A DNA stretch of 64,000 bases. Source: Candidatus Woodwardiibium gallinarum. GTDB taxonomy: Bacteria > Bacillota > Clostridia > Oscillospirales > CAG-382. Positions 61,049 to 64,000 of the stretch are shown here, piece by piece (the first letter of the stretch is position 1; every line of letters begins with the position of its first letter). A program made the translations under genes and the position numbers. Below the pieces are notes generated by a model, which was not told the DNA's origin, did not search any database, and saw only the letters and a program-made list of their open reading frames with translations. Location of the stretch: the NCBI GenBank assembly GCA_904419545.1, contig CAJFRY010000006.1, forward strand, positions 26,609 to 90,608, in the 5' to 3' direction.

Positions 61049-61630
61049 ATGCATACATTCAGACATTGTCCATATTGCGGGGGAACTCTAAAATTTTCCC
61101 ATAAACACACCTGTCCGCACTGCCGGCAGCGCTACGGGATTCTGTACAGCCACTGGCCGGCGGTGCTGCTTCTGCTGAGCGGTTGTCTCCTCATAGACTG
61201 GCTCGGTCTGGTTTACACGAGGTGGATCTGGCTGGGGATGCTTCCCTATGCAGCCTTCTGCCTGCTTTTCATCTTCCCGCGGATCTGTCCCAAATATTCC
61301 AAAGCGTCCGTTCAAATGTCGGAATTCGAAAGAGCCGGAACGCCGGGCGCACAAGCGCTGCGTTTTGTTCCCGCATACCGCGCCGAAGCGAACACCGTAA
61401 AGCGGCTGCGGCGCGGCGACGTGCTTCTGCCGACAGGAGACCTGCGCTATGTATTACCACCGGTCTTGATCGCCCGTATAGAACGCAGACACAAGACTGT
61501 CTACTTCGCCTATTCGGATCATTCGGACAGAGCGGAAACGTCCGTAACGTTTCAAAATGAATACGGAACGTATCGGTTTGCAAAAATACAGCGCTTCTGT
61601 CCGCAGGGTCAAACCGGCCTGTCTGCATAA
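61049..61630 (+). CDS. zinc-ribbon membrane protein (hypothetical)
   Basis: MHTFRHCPYCGGTLKFSHKHTCPHCRQRYG (CxxC...CxxC), followed by two TM helices and a soluble C-terminus. RBS ggaggtg 10 nt upstream of the ATG at 61049. Confidence 0.6.
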   Translation: MHTFRHCPYCGGTLKFSHKHTCPHCRQRYGILYSHWPAVLLLLSGCLLIDWLGLVYTRWIWLGMLPYAAFCLLFIFPRICPKYSKASVQMSEFERAGTPGAQALRFVPAYRAEANTVKRLRRGDVLLPTGDLRYVLPPVLIARIERRHKTVYFAYSDHSDRAETSVTFQNEYGTYRFAKIQRFCPQGQTGLSA

Positions 61631-61717
61631 CCATAACGCCGAAAAGCCTCTGTCGATGTATAGGGGCGACGTTCCTGTTCCGCACCGCAAAGCATAATAC
61701 CTCGCATCCCGAAATGG

Positions 61718-61762
61718 CAAAACCGCCGACAGAGGCTTACTCCGCCGGCGGCATATTTTTTC
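61718..61762. terminator. bidirectional terminator between convergent genes
   Basis: AAAA-CCGCCG-acagaggcttactccgc-CGGCGG-catATTTTTT. U-tracts are available on both strands. Confidence 0.6.
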
Positions 61763-61851
61763 TATTGCGGACTTTATCCGGCAAACAGTTCAGACAGCAC
61801 CGCAGCAGTGGTTGCCAAAGGCAGTCCGGAAATAGTCCGTACGGAAAACAG

Positions 61852-62973
61852 CTAACGGATCTTAACGCCGATACCGTTGACCTCCACGCCGTCTCCGGCG
61901 CGGACGAGGATGTATTTTACCCCGTCAAGGACGCGCGTTTCGATCAGGTCTGTCCGCTCGGGATTGACGCGGATGGTCACGTCGGGCGTCTTCAGCTCGA
62001 ACTTGCCGGTATCGACGACCGCGTCGGGGCAAAGCACAGCGCCGGCGCCGAAGGCCTCGTCGAATTGCGCGCCGAACGCGGCGACGCGTTCCTCGGGCAC
62101 GCCGCAGGCGGTCAGCACCTCGGCCACGGCCTCCTTGGTGACGGTGACTTCGCCTCCCTCCTCCTTCGCATCGGCCGCAAGCACGGCCAGCCGTCCGCAG
62201 AGGGTTGAAACCACCTCGCAGCCGCAGCCGTCCTCAACCGCTTCCTCCAGCACGCGGCTGAAGGCTTCACGCTGGACCTCAGACGGAACGGGCAGCGGTG
62301 CGTGAAAGAGTGCTTCCGCCAGTTCGGGATGGTTGTCTGCGGGATTTTTCGAATAATAAAGCGCGCCGTAGATGTTGGCGCTGCGGTCGTCGAACGCGGG
62401 AAACAGGAAGCCTGCCTCGGGCGCGGTCAGCGCCCAATCGGAACCCACGCTGCGGAAACGGCGCTCGTGCGCCTGATAGCCGAGCGCGGATTTGGTCAGC
62501 TTCATCGGGCAGACGCCGCAGACGATGTAGGAGAACACCTCGTCCCCGTCCTCGCTGCGCGCACCGTCCTTGCCGTAGGCGGGAACGTCATAGCGGTCCG
62601 CCGCCAGCAGGATCATATAACTGCCTTCAAAAAAGACGTTTTCGGCAATTTTGGCGTAAAGCTTATGTACCGCTTCGTCGTCTCCGAGCGCCGAGTCCCG
62701 CAGCGCCATCAGCAGACGGTGCTCATCCGAGTCCAGTACCTGCTGTGTCGAGAACTCGACGTCCGAGAGCGTGCGGCCGCGCTTGCCGGAGAGCGTCTTT
62801 TTCAGGATAGCGAGCAGGCTTTCCGCCTCCTGCTCGGGCAGCATACCGAGCGGCTGATCAAACTCGGATACAAGCTCCTTCTTTTCGTTGACGCAGCAGC
62901 CGCGGATACGCGAGATACAGCTTTTTTCGGGGCGGAAGCGGCGGCGCAGCTCTGCGATTTCTTTTTCGTTCAT
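61852..62973 (-). CDS. DUF4317 family protein
   Basis: 373 aa. The N-terminus MNEKEIAELRRRFRPEKSCISRIRGCCVNEKKE is typical of this Firmicutes family, recognised from memory. Confidence 0.6.
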   Translation of the reverse strand: MNEKEIAELRRRFRPEKSCISRIRGCCVNEKKELVSEFDQPLGMLPEQEAESLLAILKKTLSGKRGRTLSDVEFSTQQVLDSDEHRLLMALRDSALGDDEAVHKLYAKIAENVFFEGSYMILLAADRYDVPAYGKDGARSEDGDEVFSYIVCGVCPMKLTKSALGYQAHERRFRSVGSDWALTAPEAGFLFPAFDDRSANIYGALYYSKNPADNHPELAEALFHAPLPVPSEVQREAFSRVLEEAVEDGCGCEVVSTLCGRLAVLAADAKEEGGEVTVTKEAVAEVLTACGVPEERVAAFGAQFDEAFGAGAVLCPDAVVDTGKFELKTPDVTIRVNPERTDLIETRVLDGVKYILVRAGDGVEVNGIGVKIR

Positions 62974-63096
62974 AATGGAAACTCCGTTTCTGTTCTATGT
63001 TTTTGGAATTTATGCAAATCGGTTCCCGTGCGGCCTCTCAACGCATATAAGCCGTGCACAGTCTATTTTTTACCCGTATCGGGGCGTAACTTTTCA

Positions 63097-63735
63097 TCAA
63101 TTTCTATGCGGCGAAGATTCCGGCGGCGAAACGGCAGCAGCATTTTCCCTTTCTGCGGCCGCTTGTACAGCCATTCGGAAACCATCCATCGTATATCCCA
63201 TGCCAAGCTGATTCCACAGATGCTCGGGATCGCTGTGATTGCTCGCGACACCGCGGGAATACCCTTCCGTATGGGAAAGGATCACACCGTCCCCCAAAGG
63301 GTCAAGGCCATACCGCCGGCACAGAACGGCAAAGAGTTCGACCGCCGTTTCATAGGTTCGCTTTGCCACCGCTTTTGCAGCGGGCAGGTCAGTGCAAACG
63401 AAAGTGAAGCTCGTCCCGCCGGTGTATGCGATGCAGGCCGGTTCGCACATTTCGATTCCGATGTGGGTGTTGTTGGCACTTTGGCCGCTGGTACCGGTGC
63501 CGCAATGCCAACCGCGGTAATCCCAGGGGAGGGTTTGATACACGTCCCCGGTGCTGCCGTCAATAAAGGCATGCACACAGGCGCGCTCATAACCGGGGTT
63601 ATTCCATTCCCTGACGAATACAGAAGCGGAAGGCTGGGAACACCCCACAGAATGAAGCATCAGCCCCTTTATGGCAATTGTACGCCCCGCCGCATAGCAG
63701 GGATGCCGGGTTAGAATGGATTCGATTCGTTTCAT
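63097..63735 (-). CDS. N-acetylmuramoyl-L-alanine amidase (Amidase_2/PGRP fold)
   Basis: 212 aa. The GLMLHSVG...AFIDG...WHCG...IGIEMCEP pattern of zinc amidases is present. Confidence 0.75.
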   Translation of the reverse strand: MKRIESILTRHPCYAAGRTIAIKGLMLHSVGCSQPSASVFVREWNNPGYERACVHAFIDGSTGDVYQTLPWDYRGWHCGTGTSGQSANNTHIGIEMCEPACIAYTGGTSFTFVCTDLPAAKAVAKRTYETAVELFAVLCRRYGLDPLGDGVILSHTEGYSRGVASNHSDPEHLWNQLGMGYTMDGFRMAVQAAAERENAAAVSPPESSPHRN

Positions 63736-63972
63736 TGCCTTTTGCCTCCCGAGCAGCTTGGTATTTCAGGAAAAGTTCCCGCGGTTTTACGGGAAGTCGC
63801 AACAAATATGCTTGCTGGCAAGGGTATTTTTGCGACCCCGTCAATGCGGTGCGGCGGACGAATGTCCGTCGAAGCCGGCACGGCTTCCGGTTCTGTTTTA
63901 CAGAACCGCACCGCTATTATAACACACCGCAGTCGATTTTGCAATCCCGCCCAACGGAGGAAACACGATTTT

Positions 63973-64000
63973 ATGAGCTGCTACAGGTACATGCCGCATA
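63973..64000 (+). CDS. start of an unidentified ORF truncated by the window end
   Basis: RBS ggaggaaac 8 nt upstream of the ATG. Only 9 codons are visible (MSCYRYMPH). Confidence 0.2.

Overview
This is a 64-kb chromosomal window from a high-GC (roughly 60%) Gram-positive anaerobe. The gene content looks like Clostridia, probably Oscillospiraceae/Ruminococcaceae-like: a dockerin-type protein, ecfA-ecfA-ecfT-truA, PerR-rubrerythrin, PaaK-ACT and ClpE. All family names come from reading the translations by eye; no database search was possible.

Most of the window is housekeeping:
- nagA (partial), trkA/trkH, and an acpP-HAD-DUF3137-LemA-DUF3137 block
- ruvCAB, a SAM methyltransferase, the ECF energizing module plus truA, cvpA, pgsA
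- a ClpE-like unfoldase, mscL, thrS, a histidine kinase plus HtrA, murA, RNase J
- oxidoreductases, APH(3'), GNAT, perR-rbr, paaK-ACT, ahcY
- a GH89/GH27/CBM-dockerin glycan cluster, tRNA-Leu(GAG), a FecBCD-type ABC importer, DUF4317 and a cell-wall amidase

Three low-GC islets interrupt this backbone: a secreted protease plus lipoprotein at about 29.2-31.3 kb, a GyrI-like gene at about 38.9-39.4 kb, and a tRNA-Leu-adjacent remnant at about 51.1-53.0 kb.

The observations most worth follow-up are:
1. An intact 922-aa P-type ATPase homolog in which every catalytic motif is degenerate. It sits wedged, with translational coupling, between a ClpE-type AAA+ protein and a DUF1858 protein.
2. An 860-aa fusion of CoA-disulfide-reductase-like, rhodanese and siroheme sulfite-reductase/ferredoxin modules, translationally coupled to an ABC importer.
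3. A dispersed ~100-nt three-hairpin element with compensatory base changes between copies (37.7 kb, 60.9 kb, and diverged copies at 9.5 kb and 44.6 kb).
4. A second repeat family whose 32-bp core unit is present 0, 1 or 3 times at different loci.
5. A 2.1-kb gene-poor stretch (42.98-45.09 kb) that is only about 24% coding.
6. A riboswitch-like ahcY leader with mutually exclusive helices.
7. Two disrupted genes: a V8-like protease split over three frames, and a DUF1989 gene with an in-frame TAA.

No CRISPR array, transposase, integrase or recognisable defence system was seen.
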